Shown one piece after another: positions 29,637 to 42,279 of a stretch of DNA of 64,000 nt (positions are counted from its first letter, which is position 1; every line of letters starts with the position of its first letter). Position numbers and translations under genes: made by a program. Source of the DNA: Spirochaetia bacterium (GTDB taxonomy: Bacteria > Spirochaetota > Spirochaetia > SZUA-6 > Bin103); NCBI GenBank assembly GCA_965203055.1, contig OZ241863.1, positions 2,336,001 to 2,400,000 of the forward strand. The letters run 5' to 3'. The notes below the pieces were generated by a model that was not told the DNA's origin, did no database searches, and saw only the letters and a list, made by a program, of their open reading frames with translations.

Positions 29637-31661
29637 TCAGGCGGCCGCGGCGCGCGGCGCGAAGTGCGTGAAGGTCATGACGAAGGAGCCGCGGCCCTGG
29701 GTGAGGCTGCGCAGCGCGGTGGAGTAGCCGAACAGCCGCGCCAGCGCGGCGTGGGCCGTTACCTGCTCGCCGGAGGCGCCCGACTCCACCGCCAGCACGG
29801 TGGCGCCGCGCATCCCCAGGTTGCCGATTACCTCGCCCACGAATTCCCGCGGCACGGTGACCTCCAGCTCCATGACCGGCTCCAACAGGGTAGGCGCGGC
29901 GGCGCGGCAGGCGTCGTAGAAGGCCATCGCCCCGGCGGCCTCGAAGGCCAACGCCGATGAGACCGCGGCATCGTATACCGCCGCCTCGATGGTAGCCGCG
30001 ATGTCGATCGTCGGGTAGCCGTACCGTACGCCGGAGTTCATGGCATTGCGGACGCCGTCCCGCAGCGCCGCGGCGACCTGCTCCGGCAGCGCCTCCGGCG
30101 CCAGTTCGCTGCGCACCACGTTGCCGGCGCCGCGCGGCTGCGGCTGCACGCGCAGGGTGAGCTCCGCCACGTGTTCCGCTCCGCCGATGGTGCGCTGGTA
30201 GCGCTGGTGAAAGCGGGCGCGGCCGGCGATCGACTCGCGCAACGCCACCTGCGGCTGCCCTACCCGCGCCGGCACGCGGAACTCCTCGGCCAGGCGCCGC
30301 AGTACGACGTCGAGGTGCAGTTCGCCCATGCCGGAGATCACGATCTGCCCGGTCTCCTCGCTCTCCCGGACGAAGAAGGTGGGATCCTCGCGCGCCACCA
30401 CCTCCAACGCGGCGCGCAGCCGGGCGGCGTCGGAAGCGGTGAGCGGTTCCACCGCCGCGGAGATCACCGGCTCGGGGAACGTCATCCGCTCCAGCAGCAG
30501 GTGCGCGCCGTCGCCGCCCAGCGTGTCGCCGGTGCGCACCTGCTTCAGCCCTACGGCCACCGCGATGTCGCCGGCCGCCAGCTCGGTCAGCGGCTCCGAG
30601 CGGTTGGCGCGCATGCGCAGCAGGCGCCCGATGCGCTCGCGCCCGCCGCGCCCCACGTTGCGTACCGCGGCGCCGCTGCGGAACCGCCCGGCATAGGCGC
30701 GCACGTAGCTGAGCAGCCCCGCCTCGCGGTCGCTGCGCAACTTGAACACCAATCCCAGCGCCGGGCCGGAGGCGGCGCGCGGCACCGCCGCGGCGGCGCC
30801 GGAGCGGCTCAACGCGGCCGGCGGCGGGACGTCGTCCGGCGCCGGCAGATAGTCTACCACCGCGTCCAGCAGCGGCTGCACCCCGGCGTTGCGCAACGCC
30901 GCGCCGCACAGCACCGGCACCAGCGTCCCGGCGATGGTGCGCCGGCGTATCTCCGCGCGCAGCAGACGCGCCGGGAGCGGCCTGCCTTCCAGGTAGCGGG
31001 CGGTTATCTCGTCCGATTCATTGGCCAGCTCATCCAGCAACCGTTCGCGGGCGGCCGCGGCCGCCGCTTGCAGCGCGGCGGGAATCGGCACCCGCTCCAC
31101 CGACTCGCCATGCGCGCCGGCGAAGCGCAGCCCGGTCTGCTCGACCAGATCGGCGATGCCGGTGAAGCCGCTCTCGGTGCCGAACGGAAGCTGCACCGGC
31201 AGCGGCGTTCCGCCCAGCCGGCGCTGCATTTCGCCGAGCACCGCGTCGAAGCGGGCGCCGACCCGGTCCAGCTTGTTGATGAACGCCACGCGCGGCACGC
31301 GGTGGCGGTCGCTCTGCCGCCACACCGTCTCCGTCTGCGGCTCCACTCCCTCCACGGCCGAAAAGATGCCAATGGCGCCGTCCAGTACCCGCAGCGCCCG
31401 CTCGACCTCCGCCGTGAAGTCGACGTGGCCGGGCGTATCGATCAGGTTGATCTGGTGGCCGCGCCAGTAGCAGGTGATGGCGGCCGCGGTGATGGTGATG
31501 CCGCGCTCCTGCTCCTGGACCATCCAGTCCATGGTCGCCTCACCGTCGTCCACCTCGCCCATGCGGTGGTTCAATCCGGTGTAGAACAGGATCCGCTCGG
31601 TGGTGGTGGTCTTGCCCGCGTCGATGTGCGCGACGATGCCGATGTTGCGGATCTCGGGCAT
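29637..31661 (-). CDS. fusA: Elongation factor G paralog (probably the spirochaete recycling-type EF-G2)
   Basis: AHIDAGKTTTTER, QERGITI, DTPGHVDF, NKLD and GMGELHL are present. Domain IV lacks KKQ(S/T)GG and reads YQRTIGG. Confidence 0.88.
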   Translation of the reverse strand: MPEIRNIGIVAHIDAGKTTTTERILFYTGLNHRMGEVDDGEATMDWMVQEQERGITITAAAITCYWRGHQINLIDTPGHVDFTAEVERALRVLDGAIGIFSAVEGVEPQTETVWRQSDRHRVPRVAFINKLDRVGARFDAVLGEMQRRLGGTPLPVQLPFGTESGFTGIADLVEQTGLRFAGAHGESVERVPIPAALQAAAAAARERLLDELANESDEITARYLEGRPLPARLLRAEIRRRTIAGTLVPVLCGAALRNAGVQPLLDAVVDYLPAPDDVPPPAALSRSGAAAAVPRAASGPALGLVFKLRSDREAGLLSYVRAYAGRFRSGAAVRNVGRGGRERIGRLLRMRANRSEPLTELAAGDIAVAVGLKQVRTGDTLGGDGAHLLLERMTFPEPVISAAVEPLTASDAARLRAALEVVAREDPTFFVRESEETGQIVISGMGELHLDVVLRRLAEEFRVPARVGQPQVALRESIAGRARFHQRYQRTIGGAEHVAELTLRVQPQPRGAGNVVRSELAPEALPEQVAAALRDGVRNAMNSGVRYGYPTIDIAATIEAAVYDAAVSSALAFEAAGAMAFYDACRAAAPTLLEPVMELEVTVPREFVGEVIGNLGMRGATVLAVESGASGEQVTAHAALARLFGYSTALRSLTQGRGSFVMTFTHFAPRAAAA

Positions 31662-31724
31662 GGCAACGCCGGCACTATAGCCGGTAGCGACCGTTCGGAG
31701 TAGTCGGCGGTGAGCGGTGCGCGT

Positions 31725-32492
31725 TCAGCCCGCGCCGGGTACCAGCAGGACCGCCATGAGCCGGCAGCGCAGTCCGCCGCCGTCACGCCGCGAAGAGTGC
31801 AGCCGCAAGCTGCAGCAGGTGCATTCGGCCACCGCGCGCAGGTCGCGCACCCCGAGGCGGCGCAGCAGGATGGCGTTGGCGGCGTGCAGGTCCAGGGCGC
31901 GGTTGCCGGGGCGCACCGCGGCGGCGCCGTAGCGGTCGCGGAACAGCCGGTAGCGGGCGGCGTCCACCCGGTAGCAGCAGGCCCCGATAGCGGGCCCCAG
32001 CACCACGCTCAGGGAGCCGGGGGCGGCGCCGTAGCGCTGCTGCAGACCGCGCACCGCGGCGGCGGCGATGCCGGTGCCGCGCCAGCCGGAGTGCAGCAGG
32101 GCGCAGGCGCCGCCGGGCGCCGCGATCAGGATCGGCACGCAGTCGGCCGCGGTCACCATCAGGGTCACGCCGGCGGCGGCGCTGCGCGGGCCGGCGATCA
32201 ACCCGTCCGCGGTCCCCGGCGCCCAGCGCGCGACCGGCGCCGGGGGCCGGCGCCGGCCGGGCGGCGCCAGCCGCCGGCAGGCGGCCGCCGCGGCGACGCG
32301 CTGTGAATGGACCTGCGCGACCCGCCGCAGCCGGCGCGGCGCAATGCCGGTCTGCGCCAACAGCTCGCGCAACGGGCCGGGCGCGCGCATGTCGCCGGCG
32401 CGGCGCAGTGACACGATGCCGGTAAGGCCGGGAGTCACCGGCAGCGCCAGCGCCGTGTTGCTGAACGGCACCATGGTCACCGGCTCGATCAT
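31725..32492 (-). CDS. pgeF: YfiH/PgeF-like (laccase-domain / purine nucleoside phosphorylase) protein
   Basis: QVHS, ADGLI, TAADCVPIL, LHSGWRG, GPAIGACCY and ECTCC...HSSRRD. Confidence 0.85.
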   Translation of the reverse strand: MIEPVTMVPFSNTALALPVTPGLTGIVSLRRAGDMRAPGPLRELLAQTGIAPRRLRRVAQVHSQRVAAAAACRRLAPPGRRRPPAPVARWAPGTADGLIAGPRSAAAGVTLMVTAADCVPILIAAPGGACALLHSGWRGTGIAAAAVRGLQQRYGAAPGSLSVVLGPAIGACCYRVDAARYRLFRDRYGAAAVRPGNRALDLHAANAILLRRLGVRDLRAVAECTCCSLRLHSSRRDGGGLRCRLMAVLLVPGAG

Positions 32493-32553
32493 GCAGTCAC
32501 CTGGCTCACCGCCACCGGCTGCCGCGCGCGGCGGGCGGTGGCGGCCGCGCCGT

Positions 32554-33147
32554 TCAGCGCCCCGCCGCGCGTTGCGCGCCGGCGGGGGCCGGCGCCAGGA
32601 TCAGCGCCGCGAGCAGCTTGATCGCGTCCCCAAGCAGGAACGGAGTCATGCCGAGGGTGAGGGCGGCAACCATCCCGCCGTCGACGAAACGGGCCAGCCA
32701 CGGCACGCCGCAGAGGTAGATGACGAGGTTGCCGGCCAGCAGCGCCAGCGCGATGCGCGCGCGGCTGCCGCCGCGGCGTCCGGCCAGGAGCGCAATCACT
32801 ACCGCGGCCAGCAGGAATCCAATCAGGTAACCGCCGGTTGGCCCCGCCAGCGCTGCCACTCCCGCGCTGCCGCCGGCGAAGAACGGCAGACCGAGGAGAC
32901 CCTGCGCGAGATAGAGCGCGACCGCCGCCGGGCCGCGCCAACCGCCGAGCATCACCGGCAGCAGCAACACCGCGAAGGTCTGGCCGGTAATCGGCACCGG
33001 CGTGAACGGCAGCGGGATGCGAATCTGGGCGCAGAGGGCGAGCAGCAGCGATCCGCCGACCACCGCGGCGACTTCCGCCACGACGCGGCTCGCCGGCGAC
33101 ACCGGCGGGGCGCCCTCCAGCCTGATCGACGGAGCCTGCGGCGGCAT
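32554..33147 (-). CDS. bioY: Biotin transporter BioY
   Basis: AQIRIPLPFTPVPITGQTFAVLL, GLPFFAGG, GPTGGYLIGF and PFLLGDAIK. Confidence 0.93.
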   Translation of the reverse strand: MPPQAPSIRLEGAPPVSPASRVVAEVAAVVGGSLLLALCAQIRIPLPFTPVPITGQTFAVLLLPVMLGGWRGPAAVALYLAQGLLGLPFFAGGSAGVAALAGPTGGYLIGFLLAAVVIALLAGRRGGSRARIALALLAGNLVIYLCGVPWLARFVDGGMVAALTLGMTPFLLGDAIKLLAALILAPAPAGAQRAAGR

Positions 33148-33159
33148 GCCTCCCGCCCG

Positions 33160-33636
33160 CTACAGCAACAGGGCGCCGGGGAACAGGAAGTGCAGCAGCG
33201 CGGCCGCGATTCCCACCAACCCCAGCGGCACGCGGTAGCCGAGGGCAAGCTGAGCGGTCTTCTCCACCGGTCCGTCAGCCGCCACTACCCGCGGCGAGCC
33301 CTCCTCGGCGGCGTGCGCGGAGCCTTCGATGCCCGCGTCGCCCTCGCCCGCTTCCGCCGGGCGCAACGAGGTAACCACCAGCGCGCCGCCGAGCGCCATG
33401 CCCACGAGCGCGGGCACCAGATCGCCCGCTACCACGATCTGCAGATCGTCGGCGTAGACCAGCAGCTTCAGCACGCCGACGGCCGCGGTAATGGCGCCGA
33501 GGGTCAGCCGCGCGGTGCGCCCCGCGAGCCCCGCCAGCAGCGGCTGCAAACCGGGAAAGCGTTGCGCCAGATAGTCGCCGGCCAGGGCGAAGCCGGCCAG
33601 AAGATTGGTTGCAATGGACAGGAAGTAGAACTGCAT
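33160..33636 (-). CDS. Hypothetical membrane protein (about 4 TM helices)
   Basis: 158 aa hydrophobic ORF with a GAGGAG RBS and an upstream promoter-like element. Confidence 0.75.
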   Translation of the reverse strand: MQFYFLSIATNLLAGFALAGDYLAQRFPGLQPLLAGLAGRTARLTLGAITAAVGVLKLLVYADDLQIVVAGDLVPALVGMALGGALVVTSLRPAEAGEGDAGIEGSAHAAEEGSPRVVAADGPVEKTAQLALGYRVPLGLVGIAAALLHFLFPGALLL

Positions 33637-33660
33637 AAGGGCTCCTCTTTCGGCGGATTC

Positions 33661-33690
33661 AACCTACTACGCGCGCGCCGGCGCGGTCAA
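33661..33690 (-). promoter_or_regulatory. sigma70-like promoter (TTGACC-N18-TAGGTT)
   Basis: Hexamers at 33690-33685 and 33666-33661. Confidence 0.5.
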
Positions 33691-35303
33691 TCGCCGGGCG
33701 GCGCGGGCCAGGCGGCGCGCCCGAGATGGGGCAGCAGGTCCTCGGCCAGGAACCAGCGGCCGGCGCCCAACGCCGCTCTGGCCGCGCGCGCGTGCACCAG
33801 GACCGCGGCCCGGGCCGCGGCCGCGGGCGGCGCGCCCCGGCTCAGCAACCCCGCGGCCACCCCCGCCAACACGTCCCCGGCGCCGCCGGTGCCGAGCGCC
33901 GGGTTGCCGGCGTCGAGCAGCGCCAGCCGGGCCGCGGCGGCGACGACCGGGGCGGCCGGGGCGGCCGGCGGCTCCGCCGGCGGCGCGCCGGCCACGTAGC
34001 TCACGTGACCCTTGAGGATTACCGCCGCCTGCCAGCGATCGGCGGCCGCGGCCGCGGCCGCGGCCGGGTCGGCCAGCACTTCGGCGGTGGGGATGCCCAG
34101 CAGGCGCCCCATCTCGCCCGGATGCGGCGTCAGCACCCAGCGCCCGCGCAGGCGCCGCGGGCGCCCCTCCGCGGCCGCGAGCCGGGCCAGCAGGGTGAGG
34201 CCGTCCGCATCCAGCACCCCGGACCGCGGCGTCTCCAGCAACTCGCCGAGGAGCGCGCGGCGGGCGGCGCCGCGGCCCCAGCCCGGACCCACCAGCAGCG
34301 CCTGGTGACGCGCCGCCGCGGCCCGCAGCCCGGCTCCGCCGGCAACCTCGAGGCGGCGGCACATGGTGGAACGCGCCGCCGGCGCCGCCAGCGGGTAGGT
34401 CTCGGCATCGACGTACAGGGTTACCAGGCCCGCGCCGACCCGGGCCGCGGCGGCGGCGGCCAGATGGCCGGCGCCCGTGGTGCCCGGCGCGGCCGCGAAC
34501 ACGCCGAGGTGGCCGCGGGTGCCCTTGTGCGCATCCACCGCCGCGGGCGGCAGCAGCGCGGGCAGCAGATCGTCGGTCAACAGGTCGCAGCCAATGTCCG
34601 GATCGGCGAGCAAGGCGCGCGGGAAGCCAACCGCCACCACCAGCACCTCGCCGGCCGCGGCCCGCGCCGGCGGCAGGTAGAGACACCGTTTGGGCAACCC
34701 CATCGTCACGGTGGCGGCCGCGCGGACCAGGGGCCCGCCCCGGTAGCCGTCCCGCAGACCGCTCGGCACGTCGATGGCCACTACCCGCCCGGCCGCGGCG
34801 TTGATCCGGGCGACGCTCTCGGCCAGCGGCGCGGCCAGCTCGGCGCGCAGCCCGGTGCCGGTGATCCCGTCGAAGATCCACGAAGCCGCGGCGATGGCGG
34901 CCGCGGCCTTGCGCCCGGTTACCACCGGTATGCCCAGCGCCCGGCACGCGGCCAGGTTGGCCGCCGGTGATCCGCCGGGACGCGGCTCGCCGGCGGCCAG
35001 GACCACCATCACGCCGTCCGCCCCGCCGTTGTGGGCATGCCGCGCCATGACCAGGGCATCGCCGCCGTTGTTGCCGCGCCCGGCGACGAACACCAGCGGT
35101 CCCGGCGCGGCGCTCCCGGCCCACAGGTGCGCGCGTACCGCGGCATAGGCATTGGCACCGGCATTCTCCATCAGCACGCCGCCGGGCAAGGCCCACTCGC
35201 GCTGGGCGCGCTGATCGATGGCGGCCATCCGCGCGCCGGTCGCCACGCGCAACGGGCGCAGATTGCGCCACGCCGCGGAACCCGCTTCCCTGGTCCTCAT
35301 CAC
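33687..35303 (-). CDS. nnr: Bifunctional NAD(P)H-hydrate epimerase/dehydratase
   Basis: LMENAG, GRGNNGGDA, DGITGTG and AIDVPSG in the epimerase half. AHKGTRG, VLDADGL, LTPHPGE and GTGGAGDVLAG in the dehydratase half. Confidence 0.92.
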   Translation of the reverse strand: MMRTREAGSAAWRNLRPLRVATGARMAAIDQRAQREWALPGGVLMENAGANAYAAVRAHLWAGSAAPGPLVFVAGRGNNGGDALVMARHAHNGGADGVMVVLAAGEPRPGGSPAANLAACRALGIPVVTGRKAAAAIAAASWIFDGITGTGLRAELAAPLAESVARINAAAGRVVAIDVPSGLRDGYRGGPLVRAAATVTMGLPKRCLYLPPARAAAGEVLVVAVGFPRALLADPDIGCDLLTDDLLPALLPPAAVDAHKGTRGHLGVFAAAPGTTGAGHLAAAAAARVGAGLVTLYVDAETYPLAAPAARSTMCRRLEVAGGAGLRAAAARHQALLVGPGWGRGAARRALLGELLETPRSGVLDADGLTLLARLAAAEGRPRRLRGRWVLTPHPGEMGRLLGIPTAEVLADPAAAAAAAADRWQAAVILKGHVSYVAGAPPAEPPAAPAAPVVAAAARLALLDAGNPALGTGGAGDVLAGVAAGLLSRGAPPAAAARAAVLVHARAARAALGAGRWFLAEDLLPHLGRAAWPAPPGD

Positions 35304-36436
35304 TTGCCGTCCACCAGCAGGTCGCTACGCCACCACACTACCCGCGCCCGGGCCTCTTCCGCGAGCAGCCCGAACAGCACGCCGCCGGGGCTCATTCCCA
35401 GCGCCGCGAACCCCAGGCCGGTTTCGTCCAGTCCGAACCGGCGCCGGGTGACCACCCGGCCGCCGCGCCCCAGCACTACCAGCGAGTGGGTCCGGTCGTT
35501 CTCCCGGCGGGTCAGAAACAGCAGCCCGGCGGCGGTCACCCCCAGCGGGTAATAGGCGGGCGCCGCCAGTTCCCCGCCGCCGGGCAGCCCGAAGGAGCCG
35601 ATCACGCTGCGCGACGCCAGATCATAGATGCGTACTTCCGGCGCGCCGCGGGAGCGCGCCGCGCCGGCGCCCTCCTCCGCCGGCGCCGGATCGACGAACA
35701 GGAACAGCCGCCGCGCCGCCAACTGCGGCATCACCTCCCAGATCAGCACTCCCGCCTCGCCGCTGAGGCGCCCGGCATAGGGCAGCTCCACCTGCTCCCG
35801 GAGCGCGCCGGCCGCATCGTACCAGTAGCAGCGCCACTGCTGCGGCGTGCGCGCGGTCACCACCAGCCAATCGTCCGCGGTCACGGTCAACCGCTGGACG
35901 CGCGGGAACGGCCGGCCGCCGGCGCCTTCCCGCCCAATGGTCCCCAGGTATTGCCCCTGCGCCCCGAACCGCCGCACCACCTGGCCGTGACCGGCGCCGC
36001 CGGCGCCGGCCGCCGCGTCCACGACGAACAGCCGCTGGCCGCTGTCCACCGCCACGTGGCTCGGATCGCGCAGCGCGTGCGGCACCGCCCGCCGGGTGGC
36101 GGCGCCCGCCGCCATGCCGGCCGGAGCGGGATTGCTGCGCGGGTCGTAGATGAGCAGCAGCAGGTCACCGTAGGAGGAGAGTTGCATCACCTTCCGCGCG
36201 CTGCCGTTGGCGATGTAGAACAACCCGTCGCGCATGCTGATCCGGGTCGCGTGGCGCGCCGCGGCGCCGCCGGGGCGGAACAGGTCGAGCTGCTCGTCCA
36301 GCGGACCGAGGCTCAGGCTGAACAGTTCGGCGCCGGCCAACTCTGGCGGTGGTTGGCGGGTGCACGCCGCCGGCAGCAGCCAACCGGCCAGCGCCAGGCC
36401 GACCAGCGTGACACGGACCGCGCGGCGGCAGCTCAC
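35300..36436 (-). CDS. Exported beta-propeller/NHL-like protein (LIC_12708-like), possible lipoprotein; start at GTG 36436 or ATG 36445
   Basis: Signal-like LVGLALAGWLLPAAC, then ISMRDGLFYIANG...KVMQLSSYGDLL, IGREGAGG.PFP and C-terminal VVWWRSDLL. Divergent from secA. Confidence 0.7.
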   Translation of the reverse strand: MSCRRAVRVTLVGLALAGWLLPAACTRQPPPELAGAELFSLSLGPLDEQLDLFRPGGAAARHATRISMRDGLFYIANGSARKVMQLSSYGDLLLLIYDPRSNPAPAGMAAGAATRRAVPHALRDPSHVAVDSGQRLFVVDAAAGAGGAGHGQVVRRFGAQGQYLGTIGREGAGGRPFPRVQRLTVTADDWLVVTARTPQQWRCYWYDAAGALREQVELPYAGRLSGEAGVLIWEVMPQLAARRLFLFVDPAPAEEGAGAARSRGAPEVRIYDLASRSVIGSFGLPGGGELAAPAYYPLGVTAAGLLFLTRRENDRTHSLVVLGRGGRVVTRRRFGLDETGLGFAALGMSPGGVLFGLLAEEARARVVWWRSDLLVDGK

Positions 36437-36543
36437 GGGCGCCATCCTAGCAGCCCGGCGGCGCGCGCGGCAAGCTGAAGCCGCGCCGCCGGCGGCAGGC
36501 CGCGCGCGTAGACCGGGCGCCGGGCACAAGCTACATTGTGGCC

Positions 36544-39357
<2,814 letters not shown>

Positions 39358-39360
<3 letters not shown>

Positions 39361-39402
39361 CCCGGCAGTCCCGGTGGTCCCCGGCGGCGCCTGCCGGGGT
39401 CA
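39358..39402. terminator. Inverted repeat between the convergent secA and M23 gene stops
   Basis: TGACCCGGCAG...CTGCCGGGGTCA. There is no U-tract, so it may be only a pause or stability hairpin. Confidence 0.35.
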
Positions 39403-40419
39403 GCGCAGGCTGGGAATCAGTTGCGCCGGGTTGAGCTGGATATTGCCGCGCCGAATCTCGAAGTGGAGATGCGGGCCGGTAGAGCGGCCGGTCGAACCGA
39501 CGCGGCCGAGCGTCTGGCCGCGGCGCACCATCTGGCCGCGGCTGACGTGGATTCGGTCCAGGTGCCCGTACAACGACGAGTAACCGGCCAGGTAGTGGGA
39601 CACGATGATGTAGTTGCCGAGCACCGCGCCGCGCCCGACGGCGGCAACCCGCCCTCCCTGGGTGGCGCGCACCGGCGTGCCGCGCGGCGCGGCCACGTCC
39701 ACCCCGCGGTGGAAGCTGCGGCGCCCGGTGAAGGGGTCGGCCCGCAGCCCGAAGCCGGAACTGACCCAACCGTTGACGGGCCGTTCGAAGGCGGCGCCGA
39801 TGGCCAGCGTCAACTCCTGCCCCGAGTGCTGAACGCCGGGGAAGAACAGCTCGGTGGACGGCTTCAGGAGGTTGCGGGTGACCCCGTTGGTACGCAGGAC
39901 GGTTTCCGGGAGCACGCCGTGGCGCAGGCTGAGCTCATCGAGGTCCTCCCCCACCGGCAGGTAGATGCCGTCCTGATTGGGAATCTGGATCAACTCGCCG
40001 ACTGACAGCAGATGAACGCCGACTCCGGCGGTGCGATTCAGGGAAGCCACGGTATCGAGCGTGAGCCCGAAGCGCTGCGCGATGACGCTCAGGTTGTCGC
40101 CGCGCCGCACCCGGTACTGCTTGATGTCGAGCGGCAGCGGCGCCAGCTCCATCCCGCCGCGGAGATCCGCGGCATCCGCGGCCGGCGGCGCCGGTGACGC
40201 CCCCGGCGCCGCCGGCGCGAGGTCGATCTGGATCGTCTCCAACCAGTCGCTCGGATAGTGCAGGTACTCCTGCTCGTCGTACAGCGCCGCCCGCGTGGAC
40301 CCGATGACGGTCGCCTGCACGGCGAACGCCGTCAGGCCGCACGCGGCCGCCGCCAGCAGCCAGCGGTGCAGGCGCACCCGCGGCCGCCGCCGGCGGGCGG
40401 CGACGTAGGGCTCGCCCAC
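39400..40419 (-). CDS. LysM + M23 metallopeptidase (intact motifs); start uncertain
   Basis: N-terminal TM helix, LysM YRVRRGDNLSVIAQRFG, and M23 motifs HRGVD, YGHL and STGPHLHF. Confidence 0.88.
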   Translation of the reverse strand: MGEPYVAARRRRPRVRLHRWLLAAAACGLTAFAVQATVIGSTRAALYDEQEYLHYPSDWLETIQIDLAPAAPGASPAPPAADAADLRGGMELAPLPLDIKQYRVRRGDNLSVIAQRFGLTLDTVASLNRTAGVGVHLLSVGELIQIPNQDGIYLPVGEDLDELSLRHGVLPETVLRTNGVTRNLLKPSTELFFPGVQHSGQELTLAIGAAFERPVNGWVSSGFGLRADPFTGRRSFHRGVDVAAPRGTPVRATQGGRVAAVGRGAVLGNYIIVSHYLAGYSSLYGHLDRIHVSRGQMVRRGQTLGRVGSTGRSTGPHLHFEIRRGNIQLNPAQLIPSLR

Positions 40420-40444
40420 CAGAGCCGGCAGCCGCGCGGACGGA

Positions 40445-41593
40445 TTACTCCAGGTGTTCGGACGGGTCGACATGCGCACCGTTGAGAAAGATCGAAAAGT
40501 GCAGGTTGAACGCACTATTGTACCCGGTGTTCCCCATCTCTCCTACCCGCTGCCCCTGCCGCACGCGCTCCCCTTCCGCCACCAGCACCTTGTTCAAGTG
40601 AGCGTAGAGCGTCTGATAGCCATCCGCGTGGCGCAGGATGAGGTAGCGGCCGTAGTTGCCGTTGTATCCCGCGGTGCGCACCGTGCCGCTCATCGCCGCG
40701 ACGATGGGAGTTCCCGGCTGGTTGGCGATGTCGATGCCGTTGTGAAACTTGCGCAGGCCGGTAAAGGGGTCGCTGCGGTAGCCGTACCCGGAAGTGATGC
40801 GGCCGGGCGCAGGCTGGATGAAGATCTCGCCGAGGACGCGGTTGCGGGCGTTCTCGCCGAGTCCGGCGCCGGGAATCAACAGGTTCTGACCGGCGGCCAC
40901 GAGCGCGCCTTCCACCCCGTTGACCGCCAGCAGAGCGGACAGGCTCACTCCATGGCGCGCGGCAATGCGGCCGGCGTCGTCGCCGCGCCGCACGGTGTAG
41001 CGAATTCCGGATTGGCTGGGAATGATCAACTCGCGGCCCGGCTTCAGGTCACCCTCGCGTTGGACGTCGTTGAAGCTGATGATCGTGTCCACGGTGACGC
41101 CGAAGCGATCGGCCAGCGCCGCCAGGGTATCGCCGGCCGCGACCAGGTAGCGCTCGTAGCTGGCTCGGGACCAGGTATCGGCAAGGCCGTCCGGGAGGTT
41201 GCGCGCGCCTGCCCCCGTGGCCGCGGCGCCCGCCGAGCCAAGGGTCATCAAGTTGTCGAGCAGCGCCTGCCGCAGCGCCACCCCGTCGCCGGAGCTGCCG
41301 ATTCCCGCCACCGCGGGGACCACGAACTTCACCACCGCCGTGGCCGCCAGCGCGGCGCCCACCAGCAGCGCGATGGCGGTCAGCGGCAGCCGCCGGACAC
41401 CGCGCCCGGCCAGCGCGGCGCCGCGCCTGCCGGCGCGGCCCATTGCCCTGGGCAGCGCCTTGCACAGGGCGGCGAACCAGCGCATGCCGGAGACCGCCCA
41501 ACGGGTGCCGGAGACCGCGGAGCGGGCGAACGCCGCCGACCCGCGGCGCACTGACGGCAGCGGCAGCGCCGCCGCGGCGCTGAGCTCCTTCAC
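40445..41593 (-). CDS. LysM x2 + M23 domain protein (HxH changed to NxH); start uncertain (ORF open to 41737)
   Basis: LysM repeats YLVAAGDTL and YTVRRGDD. M23 motifs HNGID, YAHL and GYNSAFNLHF. Confidence 0.85.
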   Translation of the reverse strand: MKELSAAAALPLPSVRRGSAAFARSAVSGTRWAVSGMRWFAALCKALPRAMGRAGRRGAALAGRGVRRLPLTAIALLVGAALAATAVVKFVVPAVAGIGSSGDGVALRQALLDNLMTLGSAGAAATGAGARNLPDGLADTWSRASYERYLVAAGDTLAALADRFGVTVDTIISFNDVQREGDLKPGRELIIPSQSGIRYTVRRGDDAGRIAARHGVSLSALLAVNGVEGALVAAGQNLLIPGAGLGENARNRVLGEIFIQPAPGRITSGYGYRSDPFTGLRKFHNGIDIANQPGTPIVAAMSGTVRTAGYNGNYGRYLILRHADGYQTLYAHLNKVLVAEGERVRQGQRVGEMGNTGYNSAFNLHFSIFLNGAHVDPSEHLE

Positions 41594-41771
41594 CCTGACG
41601 CCGGCGCGCCTGGGGGCGCGGCGCGGGCGCTGGCGCTGGTCGCGCAGCGCCGAATGACGATTGCGCCCGCGGCGGCGTCCATCTCCGCGCCGGCCGACGC
41701 GCTGGTCCCGCAATCCGGCGTAGACGGCGTCACGCATTCATTTTGCATATCGACAGTTCGCGGGCGGGGCA

Positions 41772-42269
41772 TTACGTCTCGGCGGCGCGCGGCTCCGGTT
41801 TCCCGCCGGGCGGGGGCTGCAGCGCCGCGCTGCGGTCGGCGGCCAGGTTGACGATCAACTCCACCTCGCCCTGGCTGGCCGCCAACCGGTCGGCGATTAC
41901 CGCGTTGGAAAACCCGAGCCGGCGCAGGCGCATCACCTGCGCCACTCGCTGCGCGGCGGAGCCGGCCGGCGCGGGCGGTTCCGCCGCGGCGCCGGGCCCT
42001 GGCGCCGGGGGCGGCCGCGGCAGGCGCCGGTCGGCCTGCCGCAACAGCTCGTTCAGACGCCGGATGCGATCCTCCAGCAGGGTGACGTTACGCTCCGCGG
42101 CGCCGTTCAGCTCGACGATCAGCTGCGCCACCTCGGACTGAAGCTGCCCGGCGCCGCCCGCTCCGCGGACGGCGCCCTCGCCGCGGGCGCTGCGATCGAT
42201 CCGCCGGCGCAGCACCAGATACAGCCCCGCCAGCCCGGCAAGTTGCAACGCGATGAGGAGGGCGACCAC
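41772..42269 (-). CDS. Membrane-anchored coiled-coil protein downstream of fliA (DUF6115-like)
   Basis: N-terminal TM, ELNGAAERNVTLLEDRIRRL, and an HTH-like C-terminus GFSNAVIADRLAASQGEVELIV. Confidence 0.7.
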   Translation of the reverse strand: MVALLIALQLAGLAGLYLVLRRRIDRSARGEGAVRGAGGAGQLQSEVAQLIVELNGAAERNVTLLEDRIRRLNELLRQADRRLPRPPPAPGPGAAAEPPAPAGSAAQRVAQVMRLRRLGFSNAVIADRLAASQGEVELIVNLAADRSAALQPPPGGKPEPRAAET

Positions 42270-42279
42270 GCTGCGCCAC

